From Mobula hypostoma (taxonomy: Eukaryota), in assembly GCF_963921235.1 (NCBI RefSeq), contig NC_086109.1:22384001-22448000 (forward strand): a stretch of 64,000 nt of DNA. The letters run 5' to 3'. Below, one piece after another: positions 25,530 to 38,500 of the stretch (positions are counted from its first letter, which is position 1; every line of letters starts with the position of its first letter). The notes under the pieces are model-generated. The model saw only the letters and a program-made list of their open reading frames with translations. It was not told where the DNA came from and did no database searches. A program made the position numbers and the translations under genes.

Positions 25530-28500
25530 GAGAGAGTGATAGAAAGGAGTTATAGGCAGGTGGTCACACCGGGGGCCATGGGAGACAGACAAGTGAGTCA
25601 CAGTCAGGAGTGGGAAGGGGAAGAGTCAGGTACTGGAGAGTACCCCTGTGGCTGCCCCCCTGAACAATAAGCACTCCTGTTTGAGTACTGTTGGGGGGGG
25701 ACAGCCTACCTGGGGGGAGCAACAGTGGCCGTGCCTCTGGCACAGAGTCCAGCCCTGTGGCTCAGAAGGGTAGGGAAAGGAAGAGGAAAGGCAGTAGTGA
25801 TAGGGGACTCTATTGTTAGGCGGTCAGACAGTTTATTCTGTGGATGCAGGAAAGAAACTCGGATGGTAGTTTACCTCCCAGGTGCCAGGGTCCAGGATGT
25901 TTCAGATCGCGTCCAAGATATCCTGCAGTGGGAGGGAGAACGGCCAGAGGTCGTGGTACATATTGGTACCAATGACATAGGTAGGAAAAGGGAAGAGGTC
26001 CTGAAAAAAGACTACAGGGAGTTAGGAGGGAAATCGAGAAGCAGGACCACAAAGGTAGTAATCTCGGGATTACTGCCTGTGCCACGCGATGGTGAGAGTA
26101 GGAATAGAATGAGGTGGAGGATGAATGCGTGGCTGAGGGATTGGAGCAGGGGGCAGGGATTCAGATTTCTGGATCATTGGGACCTCTTTTGGGGCAGGTG
26201 TGACCTGTACAAAAAGGACGGGTTGCACTTGAATCCCAGGGGGACCAATATCCTAGCGGGGCAGTTTGCTAAGGTTACTGGGGAGAGTTTAAACTAGAAT
26301 TGTTGGGGGGTGGGAACCAAACTGAAGAGACTGGGGAAGAGGTGGTTGGCTCACAAGTAGAGAAAGCTAGGAGACAGTGTGTGAGGGAGGATAGGTAGGT
26401 GATAGAGAAGGGACGCACTCAGACAGATGGTTTGAGATGTGTCTATTTTAACGCAAGGAGTATTGTGAACAAAGTGGATGAGCTTAGAGCATGGATCAGT
26501 ACTTGGAGCTCTGATGTGGTGGCCATTACAGAGACTTGGATGGCTCAAGGACAGGAATGGTTACTTCAAGTGCTGGATTTTAGATGTTTGAGAAAGGACA
26601 GGGACGGAGGCAAAAGAGGTGGGGGTGTGGCATTGTTGATCAGAAATAGTATCTTGGCTGCAGAAATGGTGGACGTCATGGAGGGATTGTCTATGGAGTC
26701 TCTGTGGGTGGAGGTTAGGAACAGGAAGGGGTCAGTAACTTTACCGGGTGTTTTTTATAGGCTGCCCAACAGTAACAGGGATATTGAGGAGCAGATAGGG
26801 AAATAGATCTTGGAAAGGTGTAACAATAACAGAGTTGTCGTGATGGGAGATTTAAATTTTCCAAATATCGATTGGCATCTCCCTAGAGCAAGGGGTTTAG
26901 CTGGGGTGGAGTTTGTTAGGTGTGTTCAGGAAGGTTTCTTGACACAATATGTAGATAAGTCTATAAATGGAGAGACTGTACTTGATTTGGTATTGGGAAA
27001 TGAACCTGGTCAGGTGTCAGATTTCTCAGTGGGAGAGCATTTTGGAGATAGTGATCATAATTCTATATCCTTTACGATAGCATTGGAGAGAGATAGGAAC
27101 AGACAAGTTAGAAAAGCGTTTAATTGGAGTAAGGGCAATTTTGAAGCTATCAGGCAGGAAATTGGAAGCTTAAATTGGGAGCAGATGTTCTCAGGGAAAA
27201 GTACTGCATAGGTACGTTCCAATGAGACAGGGAAGTTATGGTAGGGTACAGGAACCGTGGTGTACAAAGGCTGTAATAAATCTAGTCAAGAAGAAAAGAT
27301 TACAAAAAGTTCAAAGAGCTAGGTATTGTTAGAGATCTAGAAGATTATAAGACTAACAGGAAGGAGCTTAAAAAGGAAATTAGGAGAGCCAGAAGGGGCC
27401 ATGAGAAGGCCTTGGTGGGCAGGATTAAGGAAAACCCCAAGGCATTATACAAGTATGTGAAGGGCAAGAGGATAAGACATGAAAGAATAGGACCTATCAA
27501 GTGTGACAGTGGGAAAGTGTGTATGGAACCGGAGGAGACAGCAGAGGTACTTAATGAATACTTTACTTCAGTATTCACTATGGAAAAGGATCTTGGTGAT
27601 TGCAGCGATGACTTGCAGTAGACTGAAAAGCTTGAGCATGTAGATATTAAGTAAGAGGACGTGCTGGAGCTTTTGGAAAGCATCAAGTTGGATAAGTCGT
27701 CGGGAGCGGATGAGATGTACCCCAGGCTATTGTGGGAGGCGAGGGAGGAGATTGCTGAGCCTCTGGTGATGATCTTTGAATCATCAATGGGTACAGTAAA
27801 GATTCCAGAGGATTGGAGAGTTGCGGATGTTGTTTCTTTATTCAAGAAAGGGAGTAGAGATAGCCCAGAAAATTATAGACCAGTGAGTCTTACTTCAGTG
27901 GTTGGTAAGTTGATGGAGAAGATCCTGAGAGGCAGGATTTATTAACATTTACAGGTATAATATGATTAGGAATAGTCAGCATGGCTTTGTCAAGGGCAGG
28001 TCATGCCTTATGAGCCTGATTGAATTTTTTGAGAATGTGACTAAACACACTGATGAAGGAAGAGCAGTAGATGTAGTGTATATGGATTTCAGCAAGGCAT
28101 TTGATAAGGTACCCCATGCAAGGCTTATTGAGAAAGTAAGGAGGCATGGGATCCAAGGGGACATTGCTTTGTGGATCCAGAACTGGCTTGCCCACAGAAG
28201 GCAAAGAGTGGTTGTAGACAAGTCATATTCTGCATGGAGGTTGGTGACCAGTGATGTGCCTCAGCGATCTGTTCTGGGACCCTTACTCTTCGTGATTTTT
28301 ATAAATGACCTAGATGAGGAAGTGGAGGGATGGGTTAATAAGTTTGCTGATGACACAAAGGTTGGAGGTGTTGTAGATAGTGTGGAGGGCTGTCAGAGGT
28401 TACGGCGGGACATTGATAGGTTGCAAAACTGGGCTGAGAAGTGGCAGATGGAGTTCAACCCAGACAAGTGTGAAGTGGTTCATTTTGGTAGGTCAAATAT

Positions 28501-29249
28501 GATGGCAGAATATAGTATTAATAGTAAGACTCTTGGCAGTGTGGAGGATCAGAGGGATCTTGGGGTCCGAGTCCATAGGACGCTCAAAGCAGCTGCACAG
28601 GTTGACTCTGTGGTTAAGAAGGCATACGGTGTATTGGCCTTTATCAATCGTGGAATTGAATTTAGGAGCCAAGAGGTAATGTTGCAGCTATATAGGACCC
28701 TGGTCATACCCCACTTGGAGTACTGAGCTCAGTTCTGGTCGCCTCACTACTGGAAGGATGTGGAAGCCTTGGAAAGGGTGCAGAGGAGACTTACAAGGAT
28801 GTTGTCTGGATTGGGGAGCATGCCTTATGAAAACAGGTTCAGTGAACTCGGCCTTTTCTCCTTGGAACGACGGAGGATGAGAGGTGACCTGATAGAGGTG
28901 TGTAAGGTGATGAGAGGCATTGACTGTGTGGATAGTCAGAGGCTTTTTCCCAGGGCTGAAATAGTTGCCACAAGAGGAAACAGGTTTATGGTGCTGGGGA
29001 GTAGGTAGAGAGGAGATGTTGGGGGTCAGTTTTTTTATGCAGAGTAGTGAGTGTGTGGAATGGGCTGCCGGCAATGGTGGTGGAGGCGGATACGATAGGG
29101 TCTTTTAAGTGACTTTTGGATAGGTACATGGAGCTTTGAAAAATAGAGGGCTGTGGGTAAGCCTAGTAATTTCTAAGGTAGGGACACGTTTGGCACAACT
29201 TTGTGGGCCGAAGGGCCTGTATTGTGCTGTAGGTTTTCTATGTTTCTAT
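25530..29249 (+). mobile_element. Near full-length CR1 LINE (ORF1 SGNH esterase; ORF2 APE endonuclease and RT), disrupted
   Basis: GDSIVR, HIGTNDIG and DGLHLN in ORF1. AITETW, GDLNFP, GDSDHN and KFADDTK in ORF2. Stops, a deletion near 27208 and a (TTTCTATG)n tail. Confidence 0.95.
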
Positions 29250-30064
29250 GAGAGGCCACGTTCTGGAATGAAGGCCATGGTTAGATTTCAGTGGGAGGGA
29301 AGTGTGGTGGAGGCTATGCAGTTTCCATATTGAGGCTTGACTTAACACACAACAGAGTCAAACAAGATGATTAAAAACAGCTAGAGGTAGAGGTAGTGAT
29401 TAAATAAGAAGATTTTTCCCCTCAACTCAAGTTGCTTTTCAGAATGGGAAGTTGAACGTGGATCAATCCCAGTGCAAATACAAACCAAATGTTTAAATAT
29501 AAAACAAGATTTTCTTTACAAAGCCCTTTCAAACCCATGCTAGATGTATAGCAAAGCTTCCTTTATTTCCCATCATAGATTCCGTTCCCATATTGGTAGA
29601 TCTGGATATAGGCACAGAAAAACTGTCTTCACTGTCCCATCAAACATAGCTCTATTCTCCCTTACAGCAAATGAACTCTCACAGGTCAGCTGATCATCTG
29701 ACCGTAAGATGTGAGCTGGACAGTGATGACATTATCCAAGTAACAAATAGGGTTGGTTCTTGCTCTGTTCATTGGAAGCACACTTCTCAGTGAATTCCAG
29801 AAAAAAAATAACTCGGCCCCCTTATGTACATGTAAAAATGGTATAACTTCTGTTTTAAGTGACCACAGAAGGCATCTGAAGTATGGATGAATTTCAAATT
29901 GAATGAAGTGCTCAATCAGGGCATCAGATATCCACTACTAAATTAGTCAGATTCTCCCTTGTTTGGTGCTTGCAGAAAAAAATAACAGGTATAAGACACA
30001 ACAATTCCAATATAACAATGAAAAAAGGCCCAGATTTGCTGTCATAAATCCACTAGTCTGATAC

Positions 30065-30177
30065 CTTACTCCGTGTCTTCACATTAACGGATTCCCTGAA
30101 GAGGTCTGTCTGGGTGTGGCCACTCCACTCTAAAGATGTCCCAACTTTCAAAGAGGCCGGAGGAACAGGTGCTGGCT
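30065..30177 (-). CDS. PTPN22: PTPN22 exon (~15): EPAPVPPASLKVGTSLEWSGHTQTDLFRESVNVKTRSK
   Basis: Acceptor ttttattctcttctgatgtag, donor AAG|gtatca, phase 1-0. Contains the GTSLEW motif. Confidence 0.9.
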
Positions 30178-30619
30178 CTACATCAGAAGAGAATAAAATG
30201 TGAACTGATTCAATTTGTATCCTGCATATAGAACACCAACATTGGATTGATGAGGATCGCTGGATGGAAGTGTGCATTTATTGTACAAACGTAGGTTTCT
30301 GTTGTGGTGGGAGAAAACAACACTTTCTGAAGTTATTGTTCCTGGCTAGGATAAGTTCTGGGCACTCTCAGTTAGATGAGAAGTCCAATTATTTCTGAAC
30401 TTAACTGGTTCACAATTTGGCTCAGAAATTCTGCACAGTTCTTCCCATTCAGAGTTGTGACCTGGATTGTCAGGAGAGATCATAAGTCCTGTTAGCAGAA
30501 TTCTCCATGCAGGCCAGTAATACTCTAGTTGAGATGGACAGGACAGATCTACTTAACATGATCCTTGGGATCCACTTACCATCACCATTAGAAAAGACAA
30601 TTGACGAAGGGTGGAAATG

Positions 30620-30891
30620 GCTCGTACGAGAGGACATAATTTTAAGGTGACTGGAAGAAATTATAGGGTGGACGTCAGAGATAGTTTTATATATACAGAA
30701 TGTTAGCACTGCCAGAAGTGGTGGTAGAAGATTAGGAGATTTAAGAAACTCAGATAGGAGAGAAGAAAAAATGGAGGGCTATGTGGAAGGGAAATTTTAG
30801 ATTGATCTTGGAGTAGGTTAAAAGTTTGGCACAACATCATGGACTGACGAGCCTGTACTGTGGTGTACTTTTCTACGTACTATGCTCTATG
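30620..30891 (+). mobile_element. CR1 3' fragment in the short intron between exons ~14 and ~15
   Basis: ttggcacaacatcatggactga...gcctgtactg and a ctatg-type tail. Confidence 0.75.
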
Positions 30892-30898
30892 CACTTAC

Positions 30899-30970
30899 CA
30901 GGAGTTTCTGGCAAAATGTAGGATTCGGGAGTTCTCTCTGGCAGAGGAGGGGGTGTTTCTTCATCAGAAT
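30899..30970 (-). CDS. PTPN22: PTPN22 P1 exon (~14): DSDEETPPPLPERTPESYILPETP
   Basis: Acceptor gtttctatttcatag, donor CTG|gtaagt, phase 1-1, 72 nt. Carries the PEST-family Csk-SH3-binding motif. Confidence 0.95.
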
Positions 30971-31667
30971 CTATGAAATAGAAACGAAGCAGCGAATTTA
31001 TTTTGTTACCAAAGCACATCCTCAAAAATGACTTGAAGTCCCTATAAACTGCACAGATTAAATAAGATTATACTAACATCATACTAAGGAAGATTGTTGA
31101 CTGTTGCAAGCTCTGCACCAGGGTAGGTAACCCTGCTCCTTAAAGGAGTTATAGTATTCAACTTTCCTACTTTGGAGAGGAAATATAGTGAAGAAAAATC
31201 TTGAAACACAGTGCAAGCAAGTCCCATCACACCCATGAACACATTGTCATTGTCACTGCAGTTGGGTGCTGAGGTAAGTGAAGGCAGAGTGTATACTCTG
31301 CTGTGCTCATGAAGCAGTGAGTGATATCAAGATTGTAAGAAAAAGAACTTCGATTAAGTATTGTTCAGAGGTGTACTCACTGTGGTAATGCAATGCAGCA
31401 GCCAATTTGGGTACAATAAACTCTCACATAAAGCAATATGATTATGATTGGATCATCTCTTTAATTTGTTATTTCTACCAGTGGGGGAGTCCCAAACAAT
31501 GGTAAATAATTACAAGGTAAGGGGCCAGTGACACAAAGCCAAGTTGCATAGAAAGTTCTTCTGCCTTGAGATGGTGAATCTTCAGAAATCTCTACCCCTG
31601 AGTACAGCATATGGAGACTGGAGCACTGGAGGTATTTAAAGAGGTAGACAGGTTTCTGAAAGATTGG

Positions 31668-31958
31668 GGCGACATGGTAGCGCAGAAGTTCGCACAATTG
31701 CTTTACAGTACCAGCAGTCACCAGAGTTTGATTCCCGCTGCTGTCCATTTGCCCCGTGCCTGCATGGTTTTCTCCTACATTCCCAAGCCGTACAGTTGGG
31801 TTAAGTTTAATGAGTTTTGGGCATGCTATATTGGCGCTGGTAGTGTGGTGACACCTGGGGGTTGCCCCAACACCATCCTCGGACCTGATTGCTGACAAAT
31901 AATGACATGTTTCACTGTACCTTTTGATGTACACGTGACAAATAAAATTAATCTCTTT
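31668..31958 (+). mobile_element. V-SINE inserted in an older CR1 3' fragment (31480-32080)
   Basis: SINE head, core and tail, with CR1 sequence continuing on both sides. Confidence 0.7.
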
Positions 31959-32107
31959 CTTTGTGGTCCATGTAGAACTGCTGCAGAAGAGAAATTGAGG
32001 CCTGGGGCAGATCAGCCAAGCTGGATGGAATCACATGATGGGTTAGAGGGGTGAGGAGACCTACTTCTGCTTGTATTTTAGACCACAAGACCATAAGATA
32101 AAGGAAC

Positions 32108-34262
32108 TGTAAAGTTGACTGGAAAGGGACACTGGCGGAAAGGACAGCAGAGCAGCAGTGGCTGGAGTTTATGTGAGAAGTGAGGAAGGTGCAAGACAGG
32201 TATATTCCAAAAAATTAGAAATTTTCGAAAGGAAAAAGGATGCAACTGTGGCTGATAAGAGAAGTCAAAGCCAAAGTTAAAGCAAAGGAGAGGGTATACA
32301 AGGAAGCAAAAATTAGTGGGAAGACGGAGGATTGGGAAGTTTTTAAAAGCTTACAAAAGGAAACTAAGAAGGTCATTAAGAGGGAAAAGATGAACTATGA
32401 AAGGAAGCTAGCAAATAATATCAAAGAGGATACTAAAAGCTTTTTCAAGTATATAAAGAGTAAAAGACAGGTGAGAGTAGATATAGGACCGATAGAAAAT
32501 GACGCTGGAGAAATTGTAATGGGAGATAAGGAGATGGCGGAGGAACTGAACGAGTATTTTGCATCAGTCTTCACTGAGGAAGACATCAACAGTATACCGG
32601 ACACTCAAGGGTGGCAGGGAAGATAAGTGTGCGCAGTCACAATTACGACAGAGAAAGTACTCAGGAAGCTGAATAGTCTAAAGGTAGATAAATCTCCCGG
32701 ACCAGATGGAATGCACCCTCTTGTTCTGAAGGAAGTAGCTGTGGAGATTGCGGAGGCATTAGCAATGACCTTTCAAAAGTCGATAGGTTCTGGCATGGTT
32801 CCGGAGGACTGGAAGATTGCAAATGTCACTCCGCTATTTAAGAAGGGGGCAAGGAAGCAAAAAGGAAATTATAGACCTGTTAGCTTGACATCGGTAGTTG
32901 GGAAGTTGTTGGAGTCGATTGTCAAGGATGAGGTTACAGAGTACCTGGAGGCATATGACAAGATAGGCAGAACTCAGCATGGTTTCCTTAAAGGAAGATC
33001 CTGCCTGACAAACCTATCACAATTTTTTGAGGAAATTACAAGTAGGCTAGACAAGGGAGATGCAGTGGATGTAGTATATTTGGATTTTCAGAAGGCCTTT
33101 GACAAGGTACCACACGAGGCTACTTAACAAGATAAGAGTCCATGGAATTATGGGAAAGTTACATACGTGGATAAGGCGTTGACTGATTGGCAGGAAACAG
33201 AGAGTGGGAATAAAGGGATCCTATTCTGGTTGGCTGCCAGTTACCAGTGTTGTTCCACAGGGGTCCGTGTTGGGGCCGTTTCTTTTTACGTTGTACATCA
33301 ACGATTTGGATTATGGAATAGATGGCTTTGTGGCTAAGTTTGCTGATGATACGAAGATAGGTGGAGGGGCCGGTAGTGCTGAGGAAACAGAGAGTCTGCA
33401 GAGAGACTTGGATAGATTGGAAGAATGGGCAAAGAAGTGGCAAATGAAATACAATGTTGGAAAGTGTATGGTTATGCACTTTGGCAGAAGGAAAAAACGG
33501 GCAGACTATTATTTAAATAGGGAGAGAATTCAAAGTTCTGAGATGCAACGGGACTTGGGAGTCCTCGTGCAGGATACCCTTAAGGTTAACCTCCAGGTTG
33601 AGTCAGTGGTGAAGAAGGCAAATGCAATGTTGGCATTCATTTCTAGAGGAATAGAGTATGGGAGCAGGGATGTGATGTTGAGACTCTGTAAGGCGCTGGT
33701 GAGACTTCACTTGGAGTACTGTGGGCAGTTTTGGTCTCCTTATTTAAGAAAGGATGTGCTGACTTTGGAGAGGGTACAGAGAAGATTCACTAGAATGATT
33801 CCGGGAATGAGAGGGTTAACATATGAGGAACGTTTGTCTGCTCTTGGACTGTATTCCTTGGAGTTTAGAAGAATGAGGGGGGATCTCATAGAAACATTTC
33901 GAATGTTGAAAGGCATGGACAGAGTGGATGTGGCAAAGTTGTTTCCCATGATGGGGGAGTCTAGTACGAGAGGGCATGACTTAAGGATTGAAGGGCCCCC
34001 ATTCAGAACAGAGATGCGAAGAAATTTTTTTAGCCAGAGGGTGGTGAATCTATGGAATTTGTTGCCACGGGCAGCAGTGGAGGCCAAGTCACTGGGTGTA
34101 TTTAAGGCAGAGATTGATAGGTATCTGAGTAGCCAGGGCATCAAAGGTTATGGTGAGAAGGTGGGGGAGTGGGACTAATGGGAGAATGGATCAGCTCATG
34201 ATAAAATGGCAGAGCAGACTCGATGGGCCGAATGGCCAACTTCTCCTTTGTCTTATGGTCTT
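32108..34262 (+). mobile_element. 5'-truncated CR1 LINE (RT region) with 7-bp TSD
   Basis: ORFs with YLDFQKAFDKV, PQGSVLGP and KFADDTK. TSD aaggaac at 32101-32107 and 34263-34269. Inserted in a minus-strand CR1 tail. Confidence 0.95.
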
Positions 34263-34466
34263 AAGGAACAGAATTAGACCATTTGGCCCATTGAATCTGT
34301 TCTACCTTTCCATGCCTGCTGATTTTCTTGAGTTCATGTTTGAGAAATAAATATTGACCAGACAATATTTACCCTGAATAATGTTATGTTTTGATTTAAC
34401 CCTACCAGAGGGCAGAAGTTAACAAAAAAAGCTCCTGATAGTATAGCTGTCCATTAACTCAACTGA

Positions 34467-37400
34467 GTCATAGAAAACTACAGCACAGAAACAGGTCCTT
34501 TGGTCTAATCTGTGCCAAGTGACTTAAATTGCCTAGTCTCATTGACCTGCAGTCAGACGATAGTCCTCCATAAACCTCCAATCCATGTACCTATCCAAAC
34601 TTCCCTTTAACGTTGAAATTGAGCTCGCATGCAGTACTTACGCTGGTAGCTCATTCCACACTTTCTCATGTCCCCCTTGAACTTTTGACCTTTCACACTG
34701 AATTCATGACCTCTAGTTGTAGTCCCCCCCCCCAAGCTCAGTGGAAAAAGCCTGCTTGCATTTACCCCATCTATAACCCTCATAATTTTGTATATCTCTA
34801 TCAAATCATCCCTCATCTTCTACATTTCAAGGAATAAAGTCTTAAACTATTCAATTTTTTCTTACAGTTCAGATCCTCCAGTCCCAACATCATTGTAAAT
34901 TTTCTCTGTACTCTTTCAACCTTATTTACACCTTTCCTGTAGGTAGTGACTAAAACAGCACACAATACTCCAGAATAGGCCTCACCAATGTCTTAATACA
35001 ACTTCAAAATAACATCCCATCTCCTGTACTCGGTACTTGGAGTTATGAAGGCCAATGTGTCAGGAGCTTTCTTTACAACCCTATCTACCTGTGACACCAC
35101 TTTCAATGAATTATGGAACTGTATTCCCAGATCCCTTTGTGCTACTACACTCCTCAATGCCTTATGTTCACTGTGTAAGAGCAACCTTGGTTGGTCCTAC
35201 CAAAGTGCAACACTTTGCACTTGCCTGCATTAAATTCCATCTGCCATTTTTCTGCCCATCTTACCAGCTGGTCCAGGTTCAGCTGCAAGCTCTGCAAGTC
35301 GTCTTCACTTGTCCAGTTCACCCTCAATCTTAGTGTCATCTGCAAATTTGCTAATCCAGTTAACCACACCATCATCCAAAATTGCTGAGATAGATGACAA
35401 ACAATAACGGACGCAGCACCAATCACTGTGGCCCATCGCTAGTCACAAGCCTGCAGTTAGAGAGGCAACCCTCTACTACCACTCTCTGGCTTCTCCCACA
35501 AAGCCAATGTCTAATCCAATTTACTACCTCATCTTGACTGCCAAGTGACTGAACCTTCCTGACAAACCTCCCAAGTGGGACCTTGTCAAATGCCTTGCTA
35601 AAGTTCATCTAGACAGCATCCATTGCCTTGCCTTCATCAACTTTCCTGGTAACTTGCTTGAAAAACTCTACAAGACCTACCATGCATGAAGCCATGTTGA
35701 TTATCCCTTTATACAAATATTCATATATCCAGTCCCTAAGAATACATTCCAATAACTTTCCCAGTACTGATGTCAGGCTCACTGGCCTATAATTTCCTGG
35801 TTTATTTTTAAAGCCTTTCTTGAACTGGAATAATATTGCCTATCCCCTAATCCATCAGTATCTGCCCTGTCGCTAGGGATGATTTAAACATCTCTGCTAG
35901 GGCCCCTGCAATTTCTGCACTTGCCTCCCACAGGGTCCAAGAGAACACTTGTCAGTCCCTGGGGATTTATCCACCCTATTTTGCCCCAAGACAGCAAACA
36001 CTTCCTCTTGTAATCTGTGTAGGGTCCGTGACCTCACTGCTGTTTCATCTCACTTCTGTCTATCTCTCGAGTAAATGCAGATGCAAAAAGACATTTTAAG
36101 TTCTTCCCCATCTCTTTTGGCTGCATGCATAGGTGACCACTCTGATCTTCAGAGGTCCAATTTTGTCCCTTGCTATCATTTTGCCCTTAACATTACTATA
36201 GACTGTCAGGATTCTTCTTCACCTTGTCTGTCAGGGCAACCTCATGCCTCCTTTCAGCCCTCCTGATTTCTTTAAATGTTCCCTTGCATTTCGTACACTC
36301 CATAAGTACCTCATTTGTTCCTACTTGCCTATACTTGTGACGCACCTCCTTTTTTTTCCCTTAACCAGGGCCTCAAATCTCTTGAAAACCAAGTTTCCCC
36401 AAAACTGTTATCTTTACCTTTTATTCTGGCAGGCATGTACAAGCTTTGTATTCTCAAAGATTCACTTTTGAAGGCCTCACACTTACCAAGTACACCTTTG
36501 CCAGCAAACAGCCTGAACTAATCCACACTTGCCATATCTTTTCTAATACAGGTCGACCTTCACCAATCCGGCACCATTGGGATCTGAGGAGTGCCAGATT
36601 AGTGAAAATGCCGAATCACAGAAGGATCACGTTAAGCATAATCAGTGCTGGATTATCGAAGGAACCGGATTACAGGTAGTCGGATTAGTGAAGGTTGACC
36701 TGTACTGTCAAAACTGACTTTTCTCCAATTTTGAATCTCAACCTGAGGACCAGACCTATCTTTTTTCCAAATTTACTTTGAAATTAATGGCATTATGGTC
36801 ACTAAATGCAAAGGGTTCCCCTACGCAAACTTCTGTCACCTGCCTTGTCTCATTCCCTGATTGGAGACCAAGTATCGCACACTCTCTTGTTGGGACTGAT
36901 AATGGAAACTTTCCTTATCAAATCTGATTAACTCTATTCCATCTAGTCCTTTTACAGTATGGGAGTCCCAGTCAATATGTGGGAAGTTAAAATCATCTAC
37001 TATAACAACCGTCTGTCTCTAGCAATAGTTTGTGATCTCTGTACAAATTTGTTCCTCTAAATCCCACAGACTGTTGGGTGGTCTATAATGTGGCACCATT
37101 AAACCTTTCTTATTCCTCAGTTTCATCCATTAAGTCACACTAGATGAGTTCTCCAGTCTTTCTTAACTGAGCACTACTGTGAAATTTTCCTTGACTAATA
37201 ACGCCACACCTCCACCTTAAATCCTTCCCAGTCTGTTGTGCCTTAAACAACAGAACCCCAGAATATTGTGCTGCCTATCCTCCACCTCCTGCAACCATCC
37301 CATTAATGGCTACATTATAATTCCATGTGTTGATCCATGCCCTGAGTTCACCTGCCTTTCCTACAATACTTCTTGCATTGAAATATACGTAGCTCAGAAC

Positions 37401-38500
37401 ATTAGTCGGATCATCCTGAACTTTTTGATTCCTGACTTTGTCTGAGGGCTTAATGACATCTGTCTCCATGACCTCTCCACTATCTGTCTGGCACTCTCAT
37501 TCCCATCTCTCTGCAACTCTAGTTTAAACTCCGCCATGCACTTCCCACTAGCATATTAGTCACCCTCTAGTTCAGGTGCAAACCATCTCATCTGTACAGG
37601 TCCCACCTTCCCAAAAGAGAGCCAACTGATCCAAAAGTCTGATACCACCGCCCCCCCCCCCCACCCCATACCAATTCCTTCACCATGTGTTAAATTGTAT
37701 GAACTTCCTATTTCTGGCCTCTCTAGCATGTGGCACGGGTAGCAATCCCAAGATCACAAGCCTGGAAGTCATGTTCTTTAACTTAGCACTTAACTCCCTG
37801 AATTCTCTTTGCAGAACCTCATCACTCTTCCCATCCATGCCATTGGTACCCACATGGACCACGATCTCTAGCTGCTCACCCTTCCACTGAAGAGTGCTGA
37901 GGACTCGATCCAAGATGTTCTGCACCCTGGCACTAGTGAAGCAACATGCCATCTGGGAATGTTGTTCTCATCCACAGACCTCATTTCTGTTCCCCTACCA
38001 AGTCCCCTATCACCACAGCTCGTCTCTTCTCTCCCTTTCCCTTCCAAGCCACAGAGCTAGACAGTGCCTGAGACCTGATCATTGTTACTTTCCTGTGCTA
38101 CGTCATCCTCCCTAACGGTATCCAAAGTGGTACACCTGTCTTTGAGGGGGTTGGTCACAGGTGTACGCTGCACGTTAATCCTTTTCCCCTTCCTGACTGT
38201 CACTCAGTTTCCCGTGTCCTACACCTTGGGTGTAACTACCTCACTATATGTCCCACCTATCACCCCCTCAGCCTCCCAACCAATCCAGTGTACATCTAAT
38301 TCCATCTCCAACTCCTTAATTTGGAGTGTTAGAAGTTGCCACTGGATGCACTTCTTGTAGGTGAAGTCATCTTCTCACTCAAGCCACTCCTCGCTGAAGT
38401 CTTGAGGAGCTAAAGTCTCAACACACTGTCCAGTCCAATAATGGCCACTCCACTTGCCCCACCTTACTATTTGTTCTTTCCAATCAATCCTGATTGCTGA
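34467..38500 (-). mobile_element. Older near full-length CR1 LINE, heavily disrupted
   Basis: Fragments VVHVGTNG (ORF1), YFNARSIVGKAGEL and FSKAFDKVP (ORF2), plus the 3' tail. Confidence 0.92.
36549..36702. mobile_element. 154-bp Tc1/mariner (pogo/Tigger-like) MITE
   Basis: 22-bp TIRs caggtcgaccttcaccaatccg / cggattagtgaaggttgacctg (20/22), with TA on both sides. Confidence 0.85.

Noticed and set aside
25725..26297. SGNH esterase ORF as a novel host gene (also 45403-46203)
   Set aside because: Esterase-type ORF1 is an established feature of CR1-clade LINEs and lies directly upstream of ORF2.
32080..32107. Apparent inverted copy of the CR1 tail at the 5' end of the 32108-34262 element
   Set aside because: It is explained as insertion into a pre-existing minus-strand CR1 tail. 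The host sequence continues after 34262 and a 7-bp TSD aaggaac is present.
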